A stretch of 64,000 bases of DNA from Escherichia phage vB_EcoM-ZQ3, in the sequence record MW630116.1. One strand, given 5' to 3'. Made by a program: the position numbers and the translations under genes. Position 1 is the first letter of the stretch. Every line of letters starts with the position of its first letter. The notes beneath the pieces are model-generated. The model saw only the letters and a program-made list of their open reading frames with translations. It did no database searches and was not told the DNA's origin. Shown one piece after another: positions 26,101 to 36,199 of the stretch.

Positions 26101-26289
26101 AGGAGTATATCCTAAATTTACCCATCTGTAGCTGGCAGGGGGAATTATTTCCCCGTCTGCCGTTTTAGTCTCAGCGATTTCTACGAAATAGTAGAAATTA
26201 GCACCAACGTCATCCCAGCGTATTTGAACTTGGTTAGCGGACAACTTGGATATTCTGAGACTTGTGACTGCTGGCGCTTTTACTGTCAT
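23191..26289 (-). CDS. 7: baseplate wedge initiator gp7
   Basis: 1032 aa, same length as T4 gp7; synteny. Confidence 0.92.
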   Translation of the reverse strand: MTVKAPAVTSLRISKLSANQVQIRWDDVGANFYYFVEIAETKTADGEIIPPASYRWVNLGYTPNSDWFENSLDPLTSYIIRVSTAAEGFERSDWVYTEIFESFQTNAYTFQHMIEMQLANTFIREKFTNNNMAYVDFNNDTIMAALMNESFQFSPAYADISSIKNFIIGENEYHEIQGSIQQVCHDINRVYLMESEGILYLFERYQPVVKVSNDKGQTWKSVKLFNDRVGYPVSRTVYYQTDHTTYVLGYDKLFYGRKSTDVRWSADDVRFSSQDITFAKIGDQLNLGFDVEIFGNYASLPANVSRIAEAIVCNDDYVYVAARDKVRFIKTSNAPIDSDPLSPTYSERLFEQETFNITGNPKAVCYKMDSVGGKIFALIIGEVVNLNDDPRTTPIVDSVDKGVYVLDHDAGTFKRVFGNTEEERRRIEPGYTSMSTDGVELSISSSNFKFLESDIVDDPKTQVKYGLIGAVKYEYPREWLADKHYHMMSFISTEDSQWESFTPQPMEYYAEPFFSYSRKSGTRCWINNSDKAVVIYSDLLYTKVIENHPLSSSDREVHEYWNDGDCTIVMPNVDFTGFKKYASGMIFYKASGEIISYYDFSYRVRDNVSIIWKPTNIFLTASLQNQEKDTTWTPVEENGIADPDLRPLLTTMMPESYLLDNTNFEAFCEAYIQYLSDGYGTHYNNLLNLIKNQYPREEHAWEYLWSEIYKRNIYLNAEKRDLVSRFFESRSYDFYSTKGTEASYKFLFKVLYNEDVEIEIESSSGTEYDIIIESDSLTEDLVGQTIYTATGRCNVTYIERSYSKGKLQWTVTIHNLLGRLIQGQEVKAERLPSFEGEIVRGIKGKELSQNNIDYINRGRAYYVMKIKSKLPSSRWKSDVLRFVHPVGFGFIAITLLTMFINTGLTLKHVETIINKYKNYKWDSGLPTKYADRVAKLDPQGNVEFDPITGEAIYEIGPMAGQDYPLPEDYNAENNNSIFQGQLPSERRKLMSPLFDASGTTFSRFRDLVEQRLIDNVGNPRDPVNPPQVKLDE

Positions 26290-28259
26290 TGTGAAATAGG
26301 CTCCAAATCTATAGTTAAGTACTGAGGACGTAAGTCATTTTCGAATACGATTAAAGAACCATCCTTTGTAAAAATAATATCATCTGCAGGGTCGGAATAA
26401 AGTTCAATTGTTTGAACTTCAAAACGGTCTGAAGTGAGGTCAATTTTAGCAATGTTCCAATAAATCGAATCGGCGGGATAATTCACTTCACCAATTGAAT
26501 AGTATTTGTTTCGTCCGTCAGTAACAGTAAGTTTATTAAAATCATTACCTGTATAAGGTTGTATATTTTCGTTTTCAACAACATCGCCGTCTGCAAATGG
26601 ACCGATAATAACTTGACCTATGCCACGGTCATTACGGTCAGAAGATACTATGCGAACACCATATTTAATAGTTTCGTTTGCATTTTCTGGATTAGGTCTG
26701 TGCGAATCAAACGAGAATATATTAGATTCCATCGATCTATCTTTAATCTGATTATTGTATTTAATACCGGCCTCAGGCGTTTTATAGAAGTTTTGTACTT
26801 CGCGAACCATTTGAATAGTAGCTGAAGAACCAATAATAGAAATATCTGCATCATCGACATAAGTTAGCATTTTAGATTTTGCAAATGATGAGTTAAAAAT
26901 TTCTACATCTTCAATATAATAACGGTCTATTTTATTAATAATCTGCCCTTCAAGATATTGTTCTGATTCTTGGAGTTTATTCAACGCGTACGTAACTTTG
27001 ATATTCATTTTGATAAACAAATAATCAGGCGAAATAACAACAGGTGTAATAGTCCCTAAGTTATAATCATTTAAATAGTTTTTGATATCATCACGTTGAA
27101 CAGAAGTCAAATACAACCCAGACTTAGGTTTAGCAGCAATAAATGCGTACCCTGGTTTAGATGAATCTGTGAATGTTTGAACCGCTTGAATAATAGAACC
27201 AAACCGCTCAGAGACGAATGTGTCATAGTCGGAAGCTGTTACACAACGTTGTTGAGTTTCGCGTTTAATTGTGCCTAATTCGCGGATACGTTCAATATCT
27301 TCAGGGTCGCCACCACCATCAGCCCCAACAAAGTCTGGGTTATTGCTAGGATTCTCGTTAATACCGATTACCGTGATATTAGCTAATGTATCAGCATAAG
27401 AAAATCCTACAGCACCGTTAGCATCTGCGCCGTTAGTAGAAATATACTCAATTACGATTTTAGAACCCTGAACAGGTTTAAGGCCGCCAATGTAGTTAGA
27501 TGTTAACGCACCTTCTGATGTGTTAATAGAGATTTCGCCTTCACCAAAATAAAATTCAGTGTTCCCATCAACTGTTTCACGCATATAATAGATTGTTGAC
27601 GTAGAACCAGCGTGAACCATCGACTTACGAGTCCAGTTAATCCATTCTGCTCCGTCAACATACAACTTAACCAAATTACGGTCAATATTCTTATCACGAA
27701 TAATGATAGGTTTTAATCTATCAAATGTTAATTCAGTGCGAACAATACGTCCTTGAGCTAATCGAAGACGTGGAAAATATTGGTTATTTTTGTCTTTAAC
27801 TACAATGACATCTTCAGTAGAAACAAAGTTATACGGGTTAACAGAAGTATCTTTAGCGTATGCTAAGAAACGAGTGCCACGTGGAATGGTGATATAGTTT
27901 CTATTTAATGCATCCGTACATGTGAGCATAATTTCTGTTTGTGCTGCTGATTTAGATGAAGGCAGATATCCGTTATCTTGAGCCGCTTGTACAACAGAAC
28001 TACGCAAGTTTGCAGTACGCATAAAACTTTCATACACTGCACTATTACTGAACTGTTGGATGTAAAGAGTGTTATATGCTAAAAGGTCACATAATACGTT
28101 TAAACGCGAACCTTCAAAATCATAATCAAGAAATTCATTCTGTCCATTGAGCCATTCGATAATGTTCTGTTTGATTTCGGCAAATGTGCCCCCGATAAAA
28201 ATCTCGGGAATAGCATTCGCTGTTCGGGTTAATTGATAATTTACAGGAGTGTTTGCCAT
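26286..28259 (-). CDS. 6: baseplate wedge protein gp6
   Basis: 657 aa from ATG at 28259 (MANTPVNYQLTRTANAIPEIF, RBS AGGA upstream); longer ORF start rejected. Confidence 0.9.
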   Translation of the reverse strand: MANTPVNYQLTRTANAIPEIFIGGTFAEIKQNIIEWLNGQNEFLDYDFEGSRLNVLCDLLAYNTLYIQQFSNSAVYESFMRTANLRSSVVQAAQDNGYLPSSKSAAQTEIMLTCTDALNRNYITIPRGTRFLAYAKDTSVNPYNFVSTEDVIVVKDKNNQYFPRLRLAQGRIVRTELTFDRLKPIIIRDKNIDRNLVKLYVDGAEWINWTRKSMVHAGSTSTIYYMRETVDGNTEFYFGEGEISINTSEGALTSNYIGGLKPVQGSKIVIEYISTNGADANGAVGFSYADTLANITVIGINENPSNNPDFVGADGGGDPEDIERIRELGTIKRETQQRCVTASDYDTFVSERFGSIIQAVQTFTDSSKPGYAFIAAKPKSGLYLTSVQRDDIKNYLNDYNLGTITPVVISPDYLFIKMNIKVTYALNKLQESEQYLEGQIINKIDRYYIEDVEIFNSSFAKSKMLTYVDDADISIIGSSATIQMVREVQNFYKTPEAGIKYNNQIKDRSMESNIFSFDSHRPNPENANETIKYGVRIVSSDRNDRGIGQVIIGPFADGDVVENENIQPYTGNDFNKLTVTDGRNKYYSIGEVNYPADSIYWNIAKIDLTSDRFEVQTIELYSDPADDIIFTKDGSLIVFENDLRPQYLTIDLEPISQ

Positions 28260-28267
28260 TTTAATTC

Positions 28268-28561
28268 CTATTTTATAAAGACTTTTGACGAGGCCTGAGA
28301 AACAGTATCCCCGCATGAAATTGGGTCAGCCATTTGAACAGCCTTTTTACCGGTGACGTATACTTTAGATGTACGAGGTTCAGTAACACCTCCATGAGTC
28401 TCGTATGGTTTTTTAATTTCTGTATGAGGTGTTATTTGGTCTCCTGCCACAAGAACAGGAATACCGCCGGTGAATACTTTAGATTGGGAAGCATTTATTA
28501 CAGTAGGAGGCCATGCTTCATGACCTGTTGTAACGCACTTGTCGTAACTTAAGCCAGACAT
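28268..28561 (-). CDS. 5.4: baseplate spike tip PAAR-like protein gp5.4
   Basis: 97 aa from [11 protein letters not shown]; matches recalled T4 gp5.4; GAGG RBS. Confidence 0.85.
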   Translation of the reverse strand: MSGLSYDKCVTTGHEAWPPTVINASQSKVFTGGIPVLVAGDQITPHTEIKKPYETHGGVTEPRTSKVYVTGKKAVQMADPISCGDTVSQASSKVFIK

Positions 28562-28563
28562 TT

Positions 28564-29079
28564 TCACGGCCTCACATAAACATAGTTTCGTAATTGTTGA
28601 GCCCATTTGCTCCAATTTCCTACTATAGTTTTTGTATAAACCTTAGTAAGAGTTTTTTGTACTGGAGCCGGTGGAGGTTCTGTACCAGAGGCACTTCTAG
28701 AATCGCCTGATGAACTTTCTTCTTGGTAGTTATAAATCATTTCAACCGTATAACTAAACACTTTACGAAGATTCTGAGGAGCTCTCCACAAATATAACTG
28801 TGTGGATTCATCTTTTGGTAAATCATCCCATGAAGATGCGGTTTCAAAATCGTCATTTAATCGGTATTTCAATGCATCTGAAGAAAAGCTAAACACACTT
28901 TCATATGTTCCATATAAACGATTACCATCTACCGTAATGCCTTGTGTCGGTTCATAATCTGTTATATTTATTGACACTAAAGTTTCGGTTGTTTCTAACT
29001 GTGGAGTAAAAAGGACGTCAATAGACGCCCCTTCCATGTCTTCTCCTAAGTCGGTATTTAAAGGAAGTATATTAGCCAA
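28564..29079 (-). CDS. conserved protein between genes 5 and 5.4 (gp5.1-like)
   Basis: 171 aa ORF in the 5.1 position; assignment by synteny only. Confidence 0.55.
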   Translation of the reverse strand: MANILPLNTDLGEDMEGASIDVLFTPQLETTETLVSINITDYEPTQGITVDGNRLYGTYESVFSFSSDALKYRLNDDFETASSWDDLPKDESTQLYLWRAPQNLRKVFSYTVEMIYNYQEESSSGDSRSASGTEPPPAPVQKTLTKVYTKTIVGNWSKWAQQLRNYVYVRP

Positions 29080-29935
29080 TTACTGAATTCTCCAATGGTG
29101 TAAATTTATAATCACATTTTTTCAATGCTTTTAAAATTGCGTTATAACTTACATCCGGTAGATTATGTTCAATTGCTTTTTCTCTAAACCATTTATATTT
29201 CTGCGGATGAGGTTTTCCCAAATCCTCCCAAAGTTTTTTGACTTTTTCAATACTAATCCAAGGTTCAACTGATCTTAGTTTTTTATTTCTAGTATCTAAT
29301 CTTGATTTTCTTATTAAAGGATTATTCCAGGATTTTTTCGTTCCTTCTATTTTTCCTGGATGATTAATTAATTTGTTTCTATATTCATCGGATTTCCATA
29401 AAGATTTGACAGTATTAGAAATACGAATTTTTAATGTGGGATCATTTTCAAAAGCAGTTTTCATCGCATTACTCATTTTCTTTCGATATTCCGATTCCGA
29501 ACATCTAAGTTTATTAATTTTTGAAATTTTTTCTGAAAATTCTTTTGTAGATTTTCCTTTTGCCAAAGCTTTAAGTTGAGTTTCTCGATACTCAGGATTA
29601 GACCACATTCGTTTTAAATCGTTTGAAGAAAATCCATCTCCACCGTCTTTTATATTAACACACTGGCCTGTTTTTCTATATTCAGATATCCAAAATTTTT
29701 CTCTTTCATTTAAAACATCGAGTGTTGAAACGAATTCGATAATTTCGAAATCTATAGCATAGCCTGGTTTGTTTTTAATCTTTTGTATATAATCCCCGCT
29801 TCCTACGTAATTATCATCCTCTAGATTAAAATATCTGGATTCATGCTTTCCTATATATATTCGAACCAACCCCTTTGGGTTGGTTACTGTTGATTTATAA
29901 ATGTAACGGAATTGTATGGTTTTGGATTTCTTCAT
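29072..29935 (-). CDS. GIY-YIG homing endonuclease (Seg-like), free-standing mobile gene
   Basis: 287 aa; N-terminal YIY...YIGK...EREKFWI GIY-YIG core as in T4 Seg proteins; C-terminal repeated basic helix motifs (WSNPEYR, WKSDEYR, NUMOD-like). Confidence 0.8.
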   Translation of the reverse strand: MKKSKTIQFRYIYKSTVTNPKGLVRIYIGKHESRYFNLEDDNYVGSGDYIQKIKNKPGYAIDFEIIEFVSTLDVLNEREKFWISEYRKTGQCVNIKDGGDGFSSNDLKRMWSNPEYRETQLKALAKGKSTKEFSEKISKINKLRCSESEYRKKMSNAMKTAFENDPTLKIRISNTVKSLWKSDEYRNKLINHPGKIEGTKKSWNNPLIRKSRLDTRNKKLRSVEPWISIEKVKKLWEDLGKPHPQKYKWFREKAIEHNLPDVSYNAILKALKKCDYKFTPLENSVIG

Positions 29936-29951
29936 AATTTACCTCTGGAAT

Positions 29952-29959
29952 TATTTATA
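29952..29959 (-). promoter_or_regulatory. late promoter TATAAATA upstream of homing endonuclease gene
   Basis: exact TATAAATA on minus strand 17-24 nt upstream of endonuclease ATG, overlapping gene 5 stop. Confidence 0.4.
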
Positions 29960-31691
29960 ACCCGACATCCACACGGCTACCATCAATTGTGTATTGTCCT
30001 GAAGCTACTGAGCTCATTGTAGACATTGTTTCCGCCCAATCCCCAGCAACAGTCATATCAACATTACCATTAACAGTCCATTTAACGTTTCCGTTGACTG
30101 TGTAATCATGATTCCCTTCGACCTGAGTTTTAGCATCGCCTTTAACAAGAATATCTGCATTTCCGTCAACAACTATTTTGATATTACCCTTAACGTAAAG
30201 AGTTCCATCGCCTTCAACAGTTTTAGATTGGTTACCACGAATAAAGATTGTATCATTGCCGTCTATTTGATGGAGGCGGTCTGCCATGTTATAATATATT
30301 TCATTAGCACCAACGTTAACAAGCTTATCGCCAGAAATCAAGAAGTTCCCATCGCCATTAGTGATGTCAAAAAGGTCTTCTACAGTTTTACGAGTACGTC
30401 GCCCAGACGGAGAAACTTCCTCATATGACCCTGTTGGATGAACTAAGCGATAACGTTCATTACCTGGAGTATCGTCAAATTCTTGGATATGACCGCTTTC
30501 TGTTTCCATAGCATGAACGTATGGATACTCACCACGATAACTTGATTCAGGTTCTTTAAAAAGGATACGTGAATCTAACGGAACAGGAGGACCAGCTGGG
30601 TCTTCTGGATCGGTATTTCTAGTAACTAAATCGGCACCAACTCCTGGTGAAGGTGGTGTTTTAACAGGAACGCCATATGATTCCATGTTACCGGTTAAAA
30701 TAATTGTTGTTACACGTGAAGCACGCCCTTTAGTCTGTTGGAACCATAATGAATCACGTCCGGATTTGTATGCGGTTTTCCAATCACCTGTGGCCATTGC
30801 TTTAAGCATAGTATTGAATTTTGCTACACCACCAACGCCCATCTGGAAGCACATGTTTTCTAATGCCATTTGGCGAGATCTGTTCATTTTAGCATAAACA
30901 GGACCTACTTTAGAATTAGAACGAATGTCTTTCTGCATCTTAGCAAGGTCCTTCTCAAATAACGCTGTTGCTTCTTCTAATGTAATAGTTCCCGGATTTC
31001 CTGTTACTTCACGCCCTACTTGATCAGATAACAATTTATTAATTCGAGACATATCTCGGGTTTTTTCCATTACTATAAGATGTCCAATACCTACTGTAGG
31101 ATACCCGAGATGGTCCCAATACACTTTATCACGAAGACCTTCGTCACGACGTAACATTTCTGTTATTGTAAAATTAGGGTCATCATCTTCTGGAATATTT
31201 GCTAAATCTGTATCGTCTGGGTTTATACCATAATCCAAGTTGTTATCTTGAATTACGTTAGAGTTCGAATAATAACCAGCTTCACCACCTTGGTTTAGTA
31301 CGTTCGTATCATTACCTAAACGTCGCGGATACTGGCCTGTCGGGTCTGAAAAACCTTCAAGTCTATTAGGCTTTTCACGTACTATTCCGCCATATGTACC
31401 AAGTACAATCCCGTTTGTTTTCCATTTGTCTAAGAAATGACCATATACTCGAGTTCCTTCAACAGGACCTGTAACAGAACCACCAATACCTGACATTGAT
31501 GCAGACGTAATAGGTTGAATAACAGTCATCCATGGAAGTTTTTCTGTAGGAATACCTTGTACATCACCTTGTGTTCTCTGCGCCGGATGAAGACCAACGA
31601 CTCGAACTCGAACTCGCCCTTGTTTTAATGGGTCCATTCTGTCCTCGACAACACCCACGAACCAATTAAGGCTACTGCTAATCATTTCCAT
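29955..31691 (-). CDS. 5: baseplate hub subunit and tail lysozyme gp5
   Basis: 578 aa; central lysozyme domain (LRRDEGLRDKVYWD...GIGHLI) and C-terminal beta-helix VxGxxxxxV repeats. Confidence 0.95.
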   Translation of the reverse strand: MEMISSSLNWFVGVVEDRMDPLKQGRVRVRVVGLHPAQRTQGDVQGIPTEKLPWMTVIQPITSASMSGIGGSVTGPVEGTRVYGHFLDKWKTNGIVLGTYGGIVREKPNRLEGFSDPTGQYPRRLGNDTNVLNQGGEAGYYSNSNVIQDNNLDYGINPDDTDLANIPEDDDPNFTITEMLRRDEGLRDKVYWDHLGYPTVGIGHLIVMEKTRDMSRINKLLSDQVGREVTGNPGTITLEEATALFEKDLAKMQKDIRSNSKVGPVYAKMNRSRQMALENMCFQMGVGGVAKFNTMLKAMATGDWKTAYKSGRDSLWFQQTKGRASRVTTIILTGNMESYGVPVKTPPSPGVGADLVTRNTDPEDPAGPPVPLDSRILFKEPESSYRGEYPYVHAMETESGHIQEFDDTPGNERYRLVHPTGSYEEVSPSGRRTRKTVEDLFDITNGDGNFLISGDKLVNVGANEIYYNMADRLHQIDGNDTIFIRGNQSKTVEGDGTLYVKGNIKIVVDGNADILVKGDAKTQVEGNHDYTVNGNVKWTVNGNVDMTVAGDWAETMSTMSSVASGQYTIDGSRVDVGL

Positions 31692-32266
31692 TATGCAATC
31701 TCCATCTCACGAATCAAATCTGTGATAAACGAGTTTATATCTTCTTTTGCAACAATTTTTATTTTACGAAGTTTTTCATTATCTAATACTGCCGCTTCAT
31801 AAGTATCTACTGCAGCTAAAGGTCCTTTATATTGCGGATACTTACGAGCTTCATCACCTTTATCGTACCACACTAAAGGCTCGTCCGGATATGAAACCAA
31901 ATTGTAAAATTTCTCACGGTTTTCATTAATATGATAAAGAATTTGGTCGCCGCCAGCATTAGCATATTTCTGAATAGACGCTTGATATGCTGCTTCCTGA
32001 GATGTAATCCAACCATAATACGGATCATAGTTGTCATTACACATCAAAAGGACCCAGTATAATTGAGGATTGCCATAAATTATATTTGCTAGTTCTTCAG
32101 GACGCGGAGAGCCTTTAATATAATAAGAACGTAATCTATAATTGGCAGCAACACGCTTAAAGTACTCTTTATAGTTACGAAATATGTCTGTCATAGGAAT
32201 AGTAGGTGCGTTCTTATTAACTGTTTTAGCACTATATCCTATTGGGTCGAAGAATGTAAATAACAA
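31691..32266 (-). CDS. 53: baseplate wedge protein gp53
   Basis: 191 aa; synteny next to gene 5. Confidence 0.85.
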   Translation of the reverse strand: MLFTFFDPIGYSAKTVNKNAPTIPMTDIFRNYKEYFKRVAANYRLRSYYIKGSPRPEELANIIYGNPQLYWVLLMCNDNYDPYYGWITSQEAAYQASIQKYANAGGDQILYHINENREKFYNLVSYPDEPLVWYDKGDEARKYPQYKGPLAAVDTYEAAVLDNEKLRKIKIVAKEDINSFITDLIREMEIA

Positions 32267-32293
32267 GATAGTCTCCTTCCAATATGAAATTGG

Positions 32294-32301
32294 TATAAAT
32301 A
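32294..32301 (+). promoter_or_regulatory. late promoter TATAAATA for gene 4
   Basis: exact TATAAATA 27 nt upstream of gene 4 ATG. Confidence 0.5.
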
Positions 32302-32308
32302 ATAATAC

Positions 32309-32316
32309 TATTTATA
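32309..32316 (-). promoter_or_regulatory. late promoter TATAAATA for gene 53 (divergent)
   Basis: exact TATAAATA on minus strand about 43 nt upstream of gene 53 ATG. Confidence 0.45.
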
Positions 32317-32327
32317 AGGAGGACAAC

Positions 32328-32777
32328 ATGGCCTACTCTGGTAAATGGGTCCCAAAAAATTTAAAAAAATACCGTGGAGACCATACCAAAATAACGTATC
32401 GTTCAAACTGGGAAAAATTCTTTTTCGAATGGTTGGATAAAAATCCAGAAATTATTGCATGGGGTAGTGAAACAGCAGTAATTCCATATTTTTGTAATGC
32501 TGAAGGTAAGAAACGTCGATACTATATGGACATATGGATGAAAGATGCATCAGGTCAAGAGTTCTTTGTAGAAATAAAACCAAAGAAAGAAACTCAACCA
32601 CCTATTAAGCCTGTAAATCTTACGACCGCAGCAAAGAAACGTTATATGAATGAAATATATACCTGGTCTGTGAACTGTGATAAATGGAAAGCTGCCTCAG
32701 CTGTTGCTGAAAAGAGAAATATAAAATTCCGAGTTCTAACCGAAGATGGTCTTAGAAAACTCGGATACAAGGGGTAA
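32328..32777 (+). CDS. 4: head completion protein gp4
   Basis: 149 aa from [11 protein letters not shown] with AAGGAGG RBS; longer ORF start overlapping gene 53 rejected. Confidence 0.88.
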   Translation: MAYSGKWVPKNLKKYRGDHTKITYRSNWEKFFFEWLDKNPEIIAWGSETAVIPYFCNAEGKKRRYYMDIWMKDASGQEFFVEIKPKKETQPPIKPVNLTTAAKKRYMNEIYTWSVNCDKWKAASAVAEKRNIKFRVLTEDGLRKLGYKG

Positions 32778-32779
32778 TT

Positions 32780-33601
32780 ATGAGCATATTCAAAATTATA
32801 TCTGAAGGCGTACAAGCCCCTAAGATTGCTCAGTCTATGAATGAAAGAAAATGGATTGAGATAGGATTAGAATACAAGAAAGCTAAAGAGAAAGGAATCA
32901 CTGCAAAAGCATTTGCAGAATCAAAAGGAATAAAATACTCGTCGTTTACATCTGCAATGTCTAGATATGCATCATCTATTAAGACTGCACAGAAAATTGA
33001 AACGCTTGAATCTAAACCTAAAAATAAACTCAATAAGCAAGAACGTCAACTTCTGATGATAAACTCGTTTCGCAGTTCAATACGAGAAAAGATTAGAAAT
33101 GAAGGCGCAGCAGTAAACAACAAATCATCTAAATGGTTTATTGAAACAATTAAGAAAAGTGTAAAAGGTCATAAAGTAGTCAAGCCTACTCCAGGCAAAA
33201 TTTATACTTACGTGTATGATGCTAAACATAAAGATACTCTGCCGTATTGGGACAGATATCCTTTGATTATTTATTTAGGATTGGGTAAACATAATTTGAT
33301 GTATGGGTTAAACTTGCACTATATCCCACCTAAAGCGCGACAACAGTTTCTTGAAGAATTGCTGAAGCAATATGCTAGCACAACTACTATTACTAATAAC
33401 ACGAAGTTGAAGATAGACTGGAGCAAGGTGAAAGGATTTCAAGGTGCTGACAAAATGATTAAAGCATATCTGCCAGGTCACATTAGAGGAACAATAACAG
33501 AAATAGCTCCCAAAGACTGGGCTAACATAATCATGTTACCTACCCAGCAGTTTATGTCAAAAGGAAAACGTTTCTCTGCGAATACTGTTTGGAAATCTTA
33601 A
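32780..33601 (+). CDS. 2: DNA end protector protein gp2
   Basis: 273 aa; length and position as T4 gp2. Confidence 0.88.
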   Translation: MSIFKIISEGVQAPKIAQSMNERKWIEIGLEYKKAKEKGITAKAFAESKGIKYSSFTSAMSRYASSIKTAQKIETLESKPKNKLNKQERQLLMINSFRSSIREKIRNEGAAVNNKSSKWFIETIKKSVKGHKVVKPTPGKIYTYVYDAKHKDTLPYWDRYPLIIYLGLGKHNLMYGLNLHYIPPKARQQFLEELLKQYASTTTITNNTKLKIDWSKVKGFQGADKMIKAYLPGHIRGTITEIAPKDWANIIMLPTQQFMSKGKRFSANTVWKS

Positions 33602-33703
33602 TTCTATTCTCTTCCGTTCTTCTGATATTCTGTTGAACCGGATTAATGGAAGAGACCTAAAACCATTATACTGCATTTTTATTAAAGCGTTTTTGAGGTG
33701 CTT

Positions 33704-34288
33704 ATGACTCGTCCAGCGAGACAGATTTTTAACCAAACAAATATAACAAACTTTGTTGTGGATATCCCGGATAGTACACGAACGTCAGGTTTTGTGCTCA
33801 ATGCCCAAACGGCTCCATTGCCAGGTGTGAGAATTCCTGTTGTTGAAACTGTGACAGGCACAATGGGGTTAGGACGTGCAATGCGTGCAGGCACCACATT
33901 TGAATACGACCCTTTTGTTGTACGATTTATAGTTGATGAAGACATGACGTCCTGGATGAACATGTATAAATGGATGCTCAGCACTAATAACTATATAACC
34001 GGACATAATACGGCCCACTCCGATGGTCCTGAGTTTGTTACTTTGCACATTTTAAACAACAATAAGACAGAAGTAGTTTTGACGGCGAATTTCTATAAAC
34101 CATGGATTTCTGATTTGAGTGAAATTGAATTTAGTTACACCGAAGACTCCGACCCTGCCGTTACGTGCGTAGCAACTATTCACTACGCGTATATGACGAT
34201 AGAAAAGGATGGTGAAGTCATTGTATCTCAACAACCACGTCAAGCGGTCGAATCTAAATCCATTTCTAGACACCCTTCCTTGCGTTAA
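33704..34288 (+). CDS. 3: tail completion / sheath stabiliser protein gp3
   Basis: 194 aa from ATG 33704 with GAGG RBS; synteny between genes 2 and 1. Confidence 0.8.
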   Translation: MTRPARQIFNQTNITNFVVDIPDSTRTSGFVLNAQTAPLPGVRIPVVETVTGTMGLGRAMRAGTTFEYDPFVVRFIVDEDMTSWMNMYKWMLSTNNYITGHNTAHSDGPEFVTLHILNNNKTEVVLTANFYKPWISDLSEIEFSYTEDSDPAVTCVATIHYAYMTIEKDGEVIVSQQPRQAVESKSISRHPSLR

Positions 34289-34341
34289 TCGCTTCTAGCT
34301 CCGTATGTTATAATCACTCATAAATTATATGAGGAAAACCT

Positions 34342-35076
34342 ATGGAGCTAATCTTTTTAAGCGGCATCAAACGTAGTGGTAAAGACACTACTGCCGATTA
34401 CATCAATTCAAACTTTAAATCCGTAAAATACCAATTGGCATATCCTATTAAAGACGCTCTAGCAATAGCCTGGGACCGTAAACATGCCGAAAACCCTGAT
34501 GTATTCACTGAGTTGAAATATGAATACTTTGAAGGTGTTGGATATGACCGTGAAACACCATTAAATCTCAATAAGTTGGATGTTATTGAATTATTAGAAG
34601 AAGCGCTAATTTATTTACAAAGTCAATATTTACCAATTAATAATGTTAAAGTATTATCATCATTAGAAGGTGGGTATTCATATCTAGATATTAAACCATA
34701 TGAAGCCCTGCGTGAAGCTATAAATAATATCAACGACACATGGTCAATCCGCCGTCTTATGCAAGCCCTCGGTACGGATGTTGTCGTTAATTTATTTGAC
34801 CGTATGTATTGGGTTAAACTTTTTGCATTAAACTATATGGATTATATTGGAAGTGATTTCGATTACTATGTTGTAACCGATACACGCCAAGTCCATGAAA
34901 TGGAAACCGCTAGAGCGATGGGTGCTACAGTTATTCATGTGGTTCGCTCTGGTACGGAATCCACTGATAAACATATTACAGAAGCTGGGTTGCCTATTGA
35001 AGAAGGCGATTTAGTTATTACAAACGACGGCTCTTTAGAAGAGCTTTATTCTAAAATTGAAACAATCTTAAGGTAA
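34342..35076 (+). CDS. 1: deoxynucleoside monophosphate kinase gp1
   Basis: 244 aa; P-loop LSGIKRSGKDT; matches recalled T4 gp1. Confidence 0.92.
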   Translation: MELIFLSGIKRSGKDTTADYINSNFKSVKYQLAYPIKDALAIAWDRKHAENPDVFTELKYEYFEGVGYDRETPLNLNKLDVIELLEEALIYLQSQYLPINNVKVLSSLEGGYSYLDIKPYEALREAINNINDTWSIRRLMQALGTDVVVNLFDRMYWVKLFALNYMDYIGSDFDYYVVTDTRQVHEMETARAMGATVIHVVRSGTESTDKHITEAGLPIEEGDLVITNDGSLEELYSKIETILR

Positions 35077-35080
35077 TAAA

Positions 35081-35766
<686 letters not shown>

Positions 35767-35778
35767 TTTAACAAAACA

Positions 35779-35814
35779 GTTTACATAAGGATGATGGCGT
35801 GTTACTATCATCCT
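35779..35814 (+). promoter_or_regulatory. early promoter cassette with palindrome
   Basis: GTTTAC...TACTAT with AGGATGAT/ATCATCCT inverted repeat flanking the -10. Confidence 0.5.
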
Positions 35815-35842
35815 ATCAAATAAACGACCTCAAGGAAATAAA

Positions 35843-36130
35843 ATGAAAACCTATAAAGAATTTATATCACCTGTTGCTAACGTTTCTACTCTGACCGAAG
35901 CAACCCTTACTTCCGAAGTTATTAAAGCAAATAAAGGACGTGAGGGTAAACCAATGATTAGTCTGGTTGACGGCGAAGAAGTAAAAGGTACTGTTTACTT
36001 AGGGGATGGATGGTCTGCTAAGAAAGATGGCGCTACTATTGTTATCTCTCCGGCTGAAGAGACTGCACTGTTTAAAGCTAAGCATATTTCTGTAGCTCAG
36101 CTTAAAATTGTTGCAAAAACTCTTCTGTAA
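35843..36130 (+). CDS. internal protein (IPI-like) with capsid-targeting N-terminus
   Basis: 95 aa; N-terminus MKTYKEF resembles T4 internal-protein capsid targeting sequence MKTYQEFIAE; position after 57B as T4 ipI. Confidence 0.7.
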   Translation: MKTYKEFISPVANVSTLTEATLTSEVIKANKGREGKPMISLVDGEEVKGTVYLGDGWSAKKDGATIVISPAEETALFKAKHISVAQLKIVAKTLL

Positions 36131-36133
36131 GTA

Positions 36134-36173
36134 GTTTACATGCTGATAGGACTATGTTATAGTAGTCCTATCA
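36134..36173 (+). promoter_or_regulatory. early promoter cassette with palindrome
   Basis: GTTTAC then GATAGGACTAT/ATAGTAGTCCTATC inverted repeat. Confidence 0.5.
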
Positions 36174-36199
36174 AATCAACAACCAAACGGAAAAAACAA

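Noticed and set aside
28259-28316. Longer gene 6 start (MRGYCFSG...)
   Set aside because: Extension overlaps gp5.4; the conserved N-terminus MANTPVNYQ begins at 28259 with its own RBS.
32184-32327. Longer gene 4 start overlapping gene 53
   Set aside because: Extension is hydrophobic, overlaps gene 53 and the late promoters; AAGGAGG RBS and conserved MAYSGKW start are at 32328.
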